This document shows, in pieces, positions 11,408-19,746 of a stretch of 64,000 nucleotides of DNA. The translations under genes and the position numbers were made by a program. The notes beneath the pieces were generated by a model. That model searched no databases and was not told the origin of the DNA. It worked only from the letters and a program-made list of their open reading frames with translations. Origin of the DNA: a virus. Position 1 is the stretch's first letter; every line of letters begins with the position of its first letter. The stretch covers positions 32,001-96,000 of IMG/VR virus record IMGVR_UViG_3300025137_000014, one strand, 5' to 3'.

Positions 11408-14400
11408 TGCTTACTACATCCTCGCCTTGAAGTTCTGATGATGAAATTGCTGAAATGATTTTCACATTTTCTGATGTTGTTACACTTAAGAAAATTTCAT
11501 TTGGTTCACTAGTGATACTTAGCAAGTCTGTAAACCCGCTAGTAGAATATTTAGGTGTTATAATAACACTTGCAATATAATCTCCAAGTTGCTGATGTAA
11601 GTATGATGCTAATTCTGAGAAATAGAATGTGTCGCCAAACTCCCAATTATCTAGTGCAAAGTATTCATTAACTTTTGCTGACACTTCTGTTTTAATTTCA
11701 CTGTCAGTATATACAGTTCCTGATTTCTTAACAACTTTAAATGTTGCTTGATTTTCAGGAGTTGCAAAAGCACCAAATAAGTATTTAAACTTAACTGGTA
11801 TGTATGAGATATGGTCTGCTATTGCTGACTTAGGTTCTATACCACTCATTAGAGATTTTAGTTCGAAATTATTTGGAGAAGTTGGTATCTCTGTTTTGAA
11901 ACCACCTGCTATCCATTGGTTGACTCGTCTTACGTAATCACTTGTAAGAACATACATGTCAACGATGTTACTTGTGCTAGGATCAATTCTTTTATCTACG
12001 TCTGCATAATGATCCCATCTGTAACTCATAAATTTATCTTCAACAAAACTTTTACCATCGACTACATCATATTGTGTATCACCAAAGTATATTCGGCTAT
12101 TTGCACCTGGAGTAACTTCATTGAATACAAATGACGTTGACCAAACACCTGCTTGATATAGAAACCATTCGTTAGTGTCTGTGTTAAACCATAATCTAAA
12201 TTCAGGCTGATTGCCTGTAGGTATAGGATTAGATACTGTGCCGGCATTGCTTGCCGCAGTTGCAGTCTTAGATGCTCTATGTAAAACAATGTTGTTATTA
12301 GTTGTATCTGTATATGACTCTAATATAAATTTTTGAACGTCTGTATTGCCTTGGTCATCTTTAAGATTGAAAACATTTATTACACCGTATGGGTTTCCAG
12401 AAGTATCAAGTGATAATAATTTAACTCTTGTTGGATCAACATACCCTGTATTTGTTCTATAATCATCATATACATAAGCACTTGTAGTGACATATGAAGA
12501 TGTTTGTACTTCAACTTGTTTTGCAACAACTACGTCTGCTACAACTTTAACCCCAAAATTATCTAGTGTAGTAGTCGCACTACCGTCACCGATATACACA
12601 TCAAGTGTACTTCCTTGACCTGGATCTATAGTCCAAAAGTAAATTGTATAATTATTACCTGAACCAGAAACTAGTTCACAATGTACAGAAGGAATAATTG
12701 TTCCTCCATTATCTTTAATAATCATATTGCTTTCTGTGATTGACTCTGATGTTGCAAAGTTTATTTCACCATAAGCAGTTTGTTTAAATCTAACATCGTT
12801 TTCTATATTGTCTGCACTTGTAATAGCACCCCACGTTTTAGAAGGATATGTAAATTTGTATATGTTTGTATTTGTATCATACTGTGTGATAAAATCTTTC
12901 TGAACACCTGTCATACCAAAAGTTGCTGTTGCAGATGTTTCGCCAGCTGGTAATTCGCTTATATCAAGCCATAAAAAGTTTTCTGTTACTGGTGCAGAAC
13001 CAAAGTAATTAGATGATGCTTCACCTTTAAATCCGTATAAATTTTCTAAGTTAGTTGATGACACTGAACTAAATGATGCCGCGGCATTGGCTATGTTTGC
13101 TGAATCTGTATCCGATGTAATTGGAATAGCATCTGTTGAAACATAAATCTCACTTGACGGTGATACTGTTTCCCCAAGTGCAACATCCGTTAAGTCAGAA
13201 ACATACTGTGATATATCTGCGACTTCAAGGCTAAGTGTGTATTGTGGAGTTGACCCTATAATATCGTTGGGTGTAGCTGGTGCAGTTATAGTACTAGATG
13301 GCAAATCATAAGTTATACCTGCTGGTGACACTAGTTGATGTTTGTATGTAACTGATGAAACAGTTGCATTGTTTTCAACATAGTCGTATGTTACATCTGC
13401 GCCTGTATGCTGATAGTCTGCTTCAAATGTTGCACCGCCTGTGCCGTTAGATGCATAATTGCTAACTGGTGTATAACCTACAGTAATTTCGTCTGTTATA
13501 TTTGCATCACTAGATGATACAGTTTTTGCACCATCGTAATAGTTAATTAATAATTTATCTCTTTCTGCAAGACTTGTCTCATTGTCAACAACAACATCTT
13601 CATTGCCATAATAAAATTTTATTTGGTCATAGCTTTCAAATACAATCTTCTTACCAGCAATCTTGGCAACATAACTTGCTTCGTTTGTTCTTATTCCTGG
13701 CTTGTACTCATATTCGATACTGACTTTGCCACTTAAATCGACAACGCCATCCCATATTTTCCATTCCCATTTATCAGTTTGATTTGCTTCAATGTCCCAA
13801 TATAAAGTAAATGATGTAACATTTAAGTCATCAATCTTTTGTGTCTTGATTGCAGAAATTTCTGCTTCTGTAAATTTAGTTCTAAATGCTCTAGTTACAG
13901 ATTTAAGAGTTCCATTTTTTTCTGTAATAACTTTATTTAAAACAATTTGACCTGGGTCAGTAGATACTACTTTGACAACTTTTGCATAATATTCTGTACT
14001 TGACTCTCCGACTATTCTTACACAGTCACCTTGTTCTACGTTCCAAGGAGCAGTACCATCTATTTGTAAATTGTTTAGAGGGTTTTTTGTGTATGCCTCA
14101 TCAACTGTAATATTTGCACCTGCATTATCTTTATAATTATAATAAAACTTATTATATAATGAAGGGTGTCCTAACGCTCTTGACAAATCATTTCTAATGA
14201 AATCGTCTGCATCTCCGTTACTTCTGTCGAAATACAAATTCATGTTTATAAAATCATCTTCAACGAAAACAGAACCATCTGTTCCTGTAATACTTAAGTT
14301 TGAATGATGACCAGTAACATCATCCATTTCAAAGTAACGAGAGTTACCTGCAAAAGTTGTGTTAACTGATTTTAATTTTTTTACAATGTTGTTACCTAAT

Positions 14401-15725
14401 GTAAGTGGATATACATTATAGTCTTGTGCGTTTACCATTCTATCTTGTGAATAGTAAGCCTTTTGTGCAATTCTTCTTACACTTGTAAATGTTTCGCCTG
14501 CAAAGTTTTCACCAAAGTCTTTAGTACTTGCCATAGTAACAGACAATCTATATGTCTTATCATCTGCACCTGTATATGGAATAGAGATAGTAACATTTGA
14601 TATATCGCCTGACTGTACTGAGAAGTTTTCGTTAGCACAAGTTCTAAACCATGTTCTATAATCACCGAATGCCGCATTGCCAAATATTCCATCTGGATAT
14701 CTTAATTCTATTGAGTTGCTAGAGTTTGTAGAAATATTTACAAGGTCGCCGTTGCCTGTTCTTAATGAATTATATATTGCAGTTTCACGTGTATCGTTAT
14801 CTACTTTAGTAACTGATGATTTGTATGACAAATCTGAATTTAGTTTATGAACCCAAACATCTGTGTTCGACACATTTTCATTTGTGATTGTCTCTACTCT
14901 GTTAGACATTTTCACACTATAAGAAAAGTTTTCAAACTGCAATGTTCCTGCTTTTGCTAAAACAAAGAAACCTGTTCTGTCTGATGCTGGTCCTAAGTTA
15001 TCATTTCTATTAATGATTGTAAAGTTCTTATCATTTAGCGGAGCACCTTCAATAATTTTATCATTTTCGAAACTTGCTCTGACCGCCTCAAATCTTCTGT
15101 TGGCGCCTGATACATTTGATGTAAATGCATATGCAATAGATTTAGAATCTTGTTTCTCATTTATTTCGTACAAGTAATTTTCAACATTACCTACGTTTAA
15201 ACTTGCACTTGGATCTTGAATTTTTGTATTTTTATTGAAAGAAGAATTTAATACTGTAATGAATTTTTCATACCAGTCAACATCATTAGAGTCGTTCCAG
15301 TTGATAACGCTACCGGCAAGAGAGGAGCCTTCGTTATCTGCAACATCTTCTGTAGTTGATATACTTGTGATTTTCATCATACCACTGGCATTGATTGGTC
15401 GTGTCTTTGTATAACCAAGTGTTCTTGCCATACGTAAAATACTTTCACGGCGCTCTGCGGTATCCATGAAGTTTTCACGTGTGTTCATGTCATTTCTAAA
15501 TGCTAGTGAATGACCTAAGTATGCTACAAGGTCTAAAATCGCAATGAATTCAGAACTTGCTATAAAATCATTAAATTTTTCTGGGTATGTCTTATTGATG
15601 TACGCAAGTAAACTTTCACGTATTGTATCGAAATCATAAGACTTCAAACTTACGTTACTAAACGCAGTGTATACACTGGTCCAACTTTCACTTGCAAATA
15701 AGCTATCTATTCTTTCTTGACTCAT
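11400..15725 (-). CDS. gp6: Baseplate wedge subunit, gp6-like
   Basis: N-terminal YDFDTIRESL...DFIASSE...LDLVAYLGHSL...NFMDTAERRESILRMARTLGY is gp6-like; follows gp25. Confidence 0.8.
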   Translation of the reverse strand: MSQERIDSLFASESWTSVYTAFSNVSLKSYDFDTIRESLLAYINKTYPEKFNDFIASSEFIAILDLVAYLGHSLAFRNDMNTRENFMDTAERRESILRMARTLGYTKTRPINASGMMKITSISTTEDVADNEGSSLAGSVINWNDSNDVDWYEKFITVLNSSFNKNTKIQDPSASLNVGNVENYLYEINEKQDSKSIAYAFTSNVSGANRRFEAVRASFENDKIIEGAPLNDKNFTIINRNDNLGPASDRTGFFVLAKAGTLQFENFSYSVKMSNRVETITNENVSNTDVWVHKLNSDLSYKSSVTKVDNDTRETAIYNSLRTGNGDLVNISTNSSNSIELRYPDGIFGNAAFGDYRTWFRTCANENFSVQSGDISNVTISIPYTGADDKTYRLSVTMASTKDFGENFAGETFTSVRRIAQKAYYSQDRMVNAQDYNVYPLTLGNNIVKKLKSVNTTFAGNSRYFEMDDVTGHHSNLSITGTDGSVFVEDDFINMNLYFDRSNGDADDFIRNDLSRALGHPSLYNKFYYNYKDNAGANITVDEAYTKNPLNNLQIDGTAPWNVEQGDCVRIVGESSTEYYAKVVKVVSTDPGQIVLNKVITEKNGTLKSVTRAFRTKFTEAEISAIKTQKIDDLNVTSFTLYWDIEANQTDKWEWKIWDGVVDLSGKVSIEYEYKPGIRTNEASYVAKIAGKKIVFESYDQIKFYYGNEDVVVDNETSLAERDKLLINYYDGAKTVSSSDANITDEITVGYTPVSNYASNGTGGATFEADYQHTGADVTYDYVENNATVSSVTYKHQLVSPAGITYDLPSSTITAPATPNDIIGSTPQYTLSLEVADISQYVSDLTDVALGETVSPSSEIYVSTDAIPITSDTDSANIANAAASFSSVSSTNLENLYGFKGEASSNYFGSAPVTENFLWLDISELPAGETSATATFGMTGVQKDFITQYDTNTNIYKFTYPSKTWGAITSADNIENDVRFKQTAYGEINFATSESITESNMIIKDNGGTIIPSVHCELVSGSGNNYTIYFWTIDPGQGSTLDVYIGDGSATTTLDNFGVKVVADVVVAKQVEVQTSSYVTTSAYVYDDYRTNTGYVDPTRVKLLSLDTSGNPYGVINVFNLKDDQGNTDVQKFILESYTDTTNNNIVLHRASKTATAASNAGTVSNPIPTGNQPEFRLWFNTDTNEWFLYQAGVWSTSFVFNEVTPGANSRIYFGDTQYDVVDGKSFVEDKFMSYRWDHYADVDKRIDPSTSNIVDMYVLTSDYVRRVNQWIAGGFKTEIPTSPNNFELKSLMSGIEPKSAIADHISYIPVKFKYLFGAFATPENQATFKVVKKSGTVYTDSEIKTEVSAKVNEYFALDNWEFGDTFYFSELASYLHQQLGDYIASVIITPKYSTSGFTDLLSITSEPNEIFLSVTTSENVKIISAISSSELQGEDVVSNG

Positions 15726-15729
15726 TGTT

Positions 15730-16086
15730 CTATTCTCTCTTTAAATCTATCGTAAGTGTGATAGGCTCTTTTTCTGGTAAAATCGCTACACGGATAGATG
15801 CTGTGACTGTATGTTCACCTTCAGTTAAGTTGATGGACTCTAAAGTTACTCTAGGTTCATCGCTGATGATGTTTGTTAAATCTTCTTCAATAAGTGTTCT
15901 TGTGTTAGGAGTCAATGGTTCGAATATCATATCATGTACAATAGACCCATAAGTAGGCATCATCACTCTTTCCCCTTTTCGGGTCATGATATTATTCATC
16001 AAATCTTCCACAACTAGTTCTTTGCCAGTCAATGTGTGATTGATTGCACTTTTGTTCTTTGTACTGAAACCTATAAATCTTGCCAT
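15730..16086 (-). CDS. gp25: Baseplate wedge subunit / sheath initiator gp25
   Basis: 118 aa; TRKGERVMMPTYGS...FEP...EPRV signature. Confidence 0.9.
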   Translation of the reverse strand: MARFIGFSTKNKSAINHTLTGKELVVEDLMNNIMTRKGERVMMPTYGSIVHDMIFEPLTPNTRTLIEEDLTNIISDEPRVTLESINLTEGEHTVTASIRVAILPEKEPITLTIDLKRE

Positions 16087-16112
16087 TATGTACTCTCTTT
16101 ACTTATTAAGAG

Positions 16113-16141
16113 TATTTATCATCGTATAAACTTCGAACTTT
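16113..16141 (-). promoter_or_regulatory. Late promoter GATAAATA with upstream 14-bp element AAAGTTCGAAGTTT (7-nt spacer)
   Basis: Read directly; same architecture at 28318-28346. Confidence 0.7.
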
Positions 16142-16146
16142 TTGTA

Positions 16147-16175
16147 TTGACTTTTTATTTAATTTAATGTACAAT
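16147..16175 (+). promoter_or_regulatory. sigma70-type promoter for clpP
   Basis: TTGACT-N17-TACAAT. Confidence 0.65.
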
Positions 16176-16213
16176 CGTTATTAATCATATAAAAATGGAG
16201 AATAAATAAAAGT

Positions 16214-16819
16214 ATGCCAAATTTAGTACCAATGGTCATAGACCAAACTGCAAATGGAGAACGTAGCTTTGATATATTCTCTCGTTTGCTCAAAGAAAGA
16301 GTTATATTCTTAACAGGTGAAGTAAATGACTATCAATCTGACTTAATCTGTGCCCAATTTCTGTTCTTAGAAGCAGAAAACCCAAAAAAAGATATACATT
16401 TTTATATCAATTCACCAGGCGGAGCAGTAACAGCCGGAATGGCAATCTATGATACTATGCAATTCATTCAACCAGATGTTTCAACAATGGTTTTAGGACA
16501 AGCATGTAGTATGGGTTCATTGTTGGCAACTGCGGGAGCTCCCGGCAAAAGATTTATGTTACCTCATGCAAGACACATGATACATCAACCAAGTGGCGGC
16601 GCCGGTGGACAGGCAACAGATATGGAAATTCAAGTAAAAGAAATTCTAAAAGTTAAAGAAAGTCTTACGAATATCTATGTTAAACATAACTCAAAAGGCA
16701 AAACATTTAATGATTTACATGCTGATATGGAGCGAGATAAATTTATGGGTCCGGAAGAGTCATTAGAATATGGCTTAATCGACAAGGTTATTAACGAGAG
16801 ACTCGACACTCCACAGTAG
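16214..16819 (+). CDS. clpP: ATP-dependent Clp protease proteolytic subunit
   Basis: [26 protein letters not shown] (catalytic Ser), MIHQP (His), RDKFM. Confidence 0.95.
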   Translation: MPNLVPMVIDQTANGERSFDIFSRLLKERVIFLTGEVNDYQSDLICAQFLFLEAENPKKDIHFYINSPGGAVTAGMAIYDTMQFIQPDVSTMVLGQACSMGSLLATAGAPGKRFMLPHARHMIHQPSGGAGGQATDMEIQVKEILKVKESLTNIYVKHNSKGKTFNDLHADMERDKFMGPEESLEYGLIDKVINERLDTPQ

Positions 16820-16823
16820 TCCA

Positions 16824-16855
16824 AAACTTGACAAACTAGCGATTCGTGTTATAGT
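16824..16855 (+). promoter_or_regulatory. Early sigma70 promoter cassette 1
   Basis: AAAACTTGACAAACTAGCGATTCGTGTTATAGT; TTGACA-N16-TATAGT with extended -10 TG. Confidence 0.75.
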
Positions 16856-16878
16856 AATATCTTAATAAGGATATTACC

Positions 16879-17856
16879 ATGATAAAAAAGTTAGTAATCG
16901 CTAGTTTGTTCTTATCTTCGTCTGCATTCGCAGATAGCTATGGGTATAGTTACAAAAATCTTACAAATATAATGGATAATAAAACTGCAAATATGATGCA
17001 GTTTTCAGATAACTCCAAGCATATGCCACGTGAACGATTAAAGTTTGGAAACTTTTATGGACGTGATGCATTAGAAATTACATTAAAACAATCTGATACC
17101 GGTAGTATCGGTGATGCTGGTCGTGATATGGGTTGGGGCAATGCCCAACGTATTCAAATACGTGAGAAAGAATATAATCGTGAAATGCGAGACGGAAAAG
17201 AATATTGGTATAAGTTATCAGTATTCATGCCTAAGAATTTAGGAAGTAACAAACACACACTTAGCTTGTTTGATTTAAAATTAAGAAAAAACAAACAAGA
17301 AGGTACTCAAGTATTCTCATGGAATATCACTAATGGTGAATTAAATTTTCAACTTGAAACTGGTGATTGGTTATGTTGGACACGTAAAATAAAAGGTGGG
17401 GCAAATCGTAAACAATGCTCTTTTAACGATAATTTTATCTCAATGCCAAAAAGTCAAAATGCATATCGAAACAAATGGGTTGATGTTGTCATGCAAATCA
17501 ACATGATTAAAGGAAAAGAAATGTTTCGTGTATGGGCAAACAATGAATTAATATTGTCATTTGCTGATGATATCAATCCTTTTGGTCGTGAATTGGGATT
17601 TAAGTTTGGATTATATAGGCATCACATGACTACTAAACTAAAAGACGATGTTGCATATTATTCTGATATCAAACGAGGTAATTCTTGTTTTGATTTGGGT
17701 GTAAACTGTGGTAAATTTATGGATGATTATACTGGTTTTGGTGCATTTAATATGAAGAAAGTGCTACATGTAGAGAAATATGTAGAGAATAATGGACCTA
17801 AACTAAGATTTAATGATATTTGTTACAAAAAAGGGTGTGAAAACTTGACAAAATAG
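16879..17856 (+). CDS. Secreted polysaccharide-lyase-like (jelly-roll) protein
   Basis: N-terminal signal peptide (MIKKLVIASLFLSSSAFA); EYWY.LSVFMP, WVDVVMQI and FKFGLYR motifs resemble the heparin-lyase-like Polysacc_lyase family. Confidence 0.55.
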   Translation: MIKKLVIASLFLSSSAFADSYGYSYKNLTNIMDNKTANMMQFSDNSKHMPRERLKFGNFYGRDALEITLKQSDTGSIGDAGRDMGWGNAQRIQIREKEYNREMRDGKEYWYKLSVFMPKNLGSNKHTLSLFDLKLRKNKQEGTQVFSWNITNGELNFQLETGDWLCWTRKIKGGANRKQCSFNDNFISMPKSQNAYRNKWVDVVMQINMIKGKEMFRVWANNELILSFADDINPFGRELGFKFGLYRHHMTTKLKDDVAYYSDIKRGNSCFDLGVNCGKFMDDYTGFGAFNMKKVLHVEKYVENNGPKLRFNDICYKKGCENLTK

Positions 17857-17872
17857 CGAATCGTAGTATAAT
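17841..17872 (+). promoter_or_regulatory. Early sigma70 promoter cassette 2
   Basis: AAACTTGACAAAATAGCGAATCGTAGTATAAT. Confidence 0.75.
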
Positions 17873-17905
17873 ATACTTATGTTGAATGAAAGAGAGGACT
17901 TAACT

Positions 17906-18253
17906 ATGACTACATACCAAGAAATTGCTAACGAGGCAAAAACACAGGCTGTACAAGCCGTTGACACATTTTTCAATAACGTTCTAAAAGGTGAAGACCA
18001 ATACTCATGTGGTTTTGCATGGGTTACAGTTTATCCTGAAAATAAGGGTAATACTAAACTCGGTAAACAAGAACGTAGAAGTTTAGAATCTATTGGATTT
18101 AAAAAAGACTGGACAGGCAAAGCATGGCAGTTGTGGAATCCAGGTGATTACGCAGGTCAAAATATTGATTGTAAAGAAGAAGGTGCTCAGGCTTATGCTA
18201 AAGTAATGAAATCACATGGCTTCAAAGCATATGCAGGTTCGAGGTTAGACTAA
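17906..18253 (+). CDS. Hypothetical early protein
   Basis: ATG at 17906 after SD GAGAGGA is preferred over the ORF-track start at 17879. Confidence 0.7.
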   Translation: MTTYQEIANEAKTQAVQAVDTFFNNVLKGEDQYSCGFAWVTVYPENKGNTKLGKQERRSLESIGFKKDWTGKAWQLWNPGDYAGQNIDCKEEGAQAYAKVMKSHGFKAYAGSRLD

Positions 18254-18257
18254 CTAA

Positions 18258-18293
18258 AAAACTTGACAAACTAGCGAATCGTGTTATTATAAT
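18258..18293 (+). promoter_or_regulatory. Early sigma70 promoter cassette 3
   Basis: AAAACTTGACAAACTAGCGAATCGTGTTATTATAAT. Confidence 0.75.
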
Positions 18294-18316
18294 TACATAA
18301 TCAGAGAGAGGGAACT

Positions 18317-18664
18317 ATGAAATTTAAACTATATCAAATTCATCTTACAGACGCAGAGATTGACCTTATTAACGAAAAAGGTCATGATGCAGTTCACAAA
18401 CAATCACTAAAATTAGACATGGGTCTTGGCAAAAACGATACAGGTCGAGTTGCCGGTGATGCGTTCAATCGAGGTTATTATACTCATGTGAGTAATATAA
18501 CTGCCGAAGGTCTTGAAGATGTATTTCAAATAGGTAACATTGGTCCAGAAGAAAACATTGAGCGATTGGCTCCTATGTATTCTGTTAGTGTTGGTGACAT
18601 AGTAGAAGATGTAGATGGCAACAAATCTGTTGTTGCAAATATGGGTTATAAGGAGGTTGTATAA
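18317..18664 (+). CDS. Hypothetical early protein, YodL-like C-terminus
   Basis: LEDVFQIGN...MYSVSVGDIV resembles the YodL SLSVSDVV motif. Confidence 0.45.
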   Translation: MKFKLYQIHLTDAEIDLINEKGHDAVHKQSLKLDMGLGKNDTGRVAGDAFNRGYYTHVSNITAEGLEDVFQIGNIGPEENIERLAPMYSVSVGDIVEDVDGNKSVVANMGYKEVV

Positions 18665-18912
18665 TGGCAGTAGTTAAAAAAAGTGAAGTGCGTGAGTACG
18701 TAATTGATTTGGATAGTTCGGCTGGTAATGCTTTCTATCTACTTGCAACGTCAAATAAATTAGCAAAGCAATGTGGATTAAATCCATTTAAGCTAATGAA
18801 TGAAATGAAGTCTGGTGATTATATCGAATTGCTAAAAGTAATGGATAAACACTTTGGTCACTTCATTAAGTTCGAAACAAGTAATGAAGAATACTTAAAG
18901 GCTTTTAACTAA
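18664..18912 (+). CDS. Hypothetical protein
   Basis: 82 aa, translationally coupled to the previous gene. Confidence 0.7.
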   Translation: MAVVKKSEVREYVIDLDSSAGNAFYLLATSNKLAKQCGLNPFKLMNEMKSGDYIELLKVMDKHFGHFIKFETSNEEYLKAFN

Positions 18913-19543
18913 AGCCAGGAACAAAACTCCACATCTTAGAAGTTTTTATTTTCATAGCGGCTAGCTTTTCATCGAACTGGCCGTTATTCTTTTTTATATT
19001 AGTTTGAATTTCATCTGTGATATCATACCATTTTTCATTATTAGTTAATGCAATGATAGGATGACGTTCAATTTTATCAACGCCTTCATTAAAGAAATAA
19101 TATAACAATGCATCAAATTGTGGTTGTGATAATTCTTTCTTAACAAACTTTTCTAAAACATTTCCTATATTACGTAATTGCTTTTCCAATATAAAGTTTG
19201 CCATTGGTTTTGTAATCTTGCCTGTGCTAATATTAATTCTTTGTGATGCAACTGTAATATATCCATAACGTAATTCTGTATTTGTTACTTGATATCCATA
19301 ACCTAATATATTGTCTTTCATTTCTAATGATGGTGTATGTGTATCTATGATTGCATTCTTACTCATTTCACTGAACACTAAATCAACAATAGGAAACACA
19401 GTTAATCTAATATGCGATAAAATATAATTAGGTTCGCCGGTTTCTTTATATCCTGTACCCAAATAAGTGCCATTAGGAGTTACAACATTCAACGGAAGTT
19501 GAATGTAATTTAATAATGAACCTTTTTTCTTATCAAATAACAT
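18905..19543 (-). CDS. Phage-lysozyme (GH24)-like protein, probably catalytically degenerate
   Basis: ILGYGY and LSQPQFDALLYYFFNEG match GH24 TIGYGH and LTQNQFDALVSFAFNVG; catalytic Glu region not recognisable. Confidence 0.6.
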   Translation of the reverse strand: MLFDKKKGSLLNYIQLPLNVVTPNGTYLGTGYKETGEPNYILSHIRLTVFPIVDLVFSEMSKNAIIDTHTPSLEMKDNILGYGYQVTNTELRYGYITVASQRINISTGKITKPMANFILEKQLRNIGNVLEKFVKKELSQPQFDALLYYFFNEGVDKIERHPIIALTNNEKWYDITDEIQTNIKKNNGQFDEKLAAMKIKTSKMWSFVPGFS

Positions 19544-19746
19544 TAATTACTATCCTGTTTTACACAATCAAATTGAATTTTATAGTATTCATTTTCTTCC
19601 CAACTTTTCCAATTGGCTTTGTCAATTAACATTTCACATTGACCTAATGATAATGGATTTTTGTTTACATATTGATTGCCCACATAAACCCATTCGGTAC
19701 CGTTAAAGCCCCATATTGTTATTATAAATAGAAATTCTTTCATCAT
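19543..19746 (-). CDS. Small hypothetical protein with hydrophobic N-terminus
   Basis: 67 aa, coupled to both neighbours. Confidence 0.6.
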   Translation of the reverse strand: MMKEFLFIITIWGFNGTEWVYVGNQYVNKNPLSLGQCEMLIDKANWKSWEENEYYKIQFDCVKQDSN

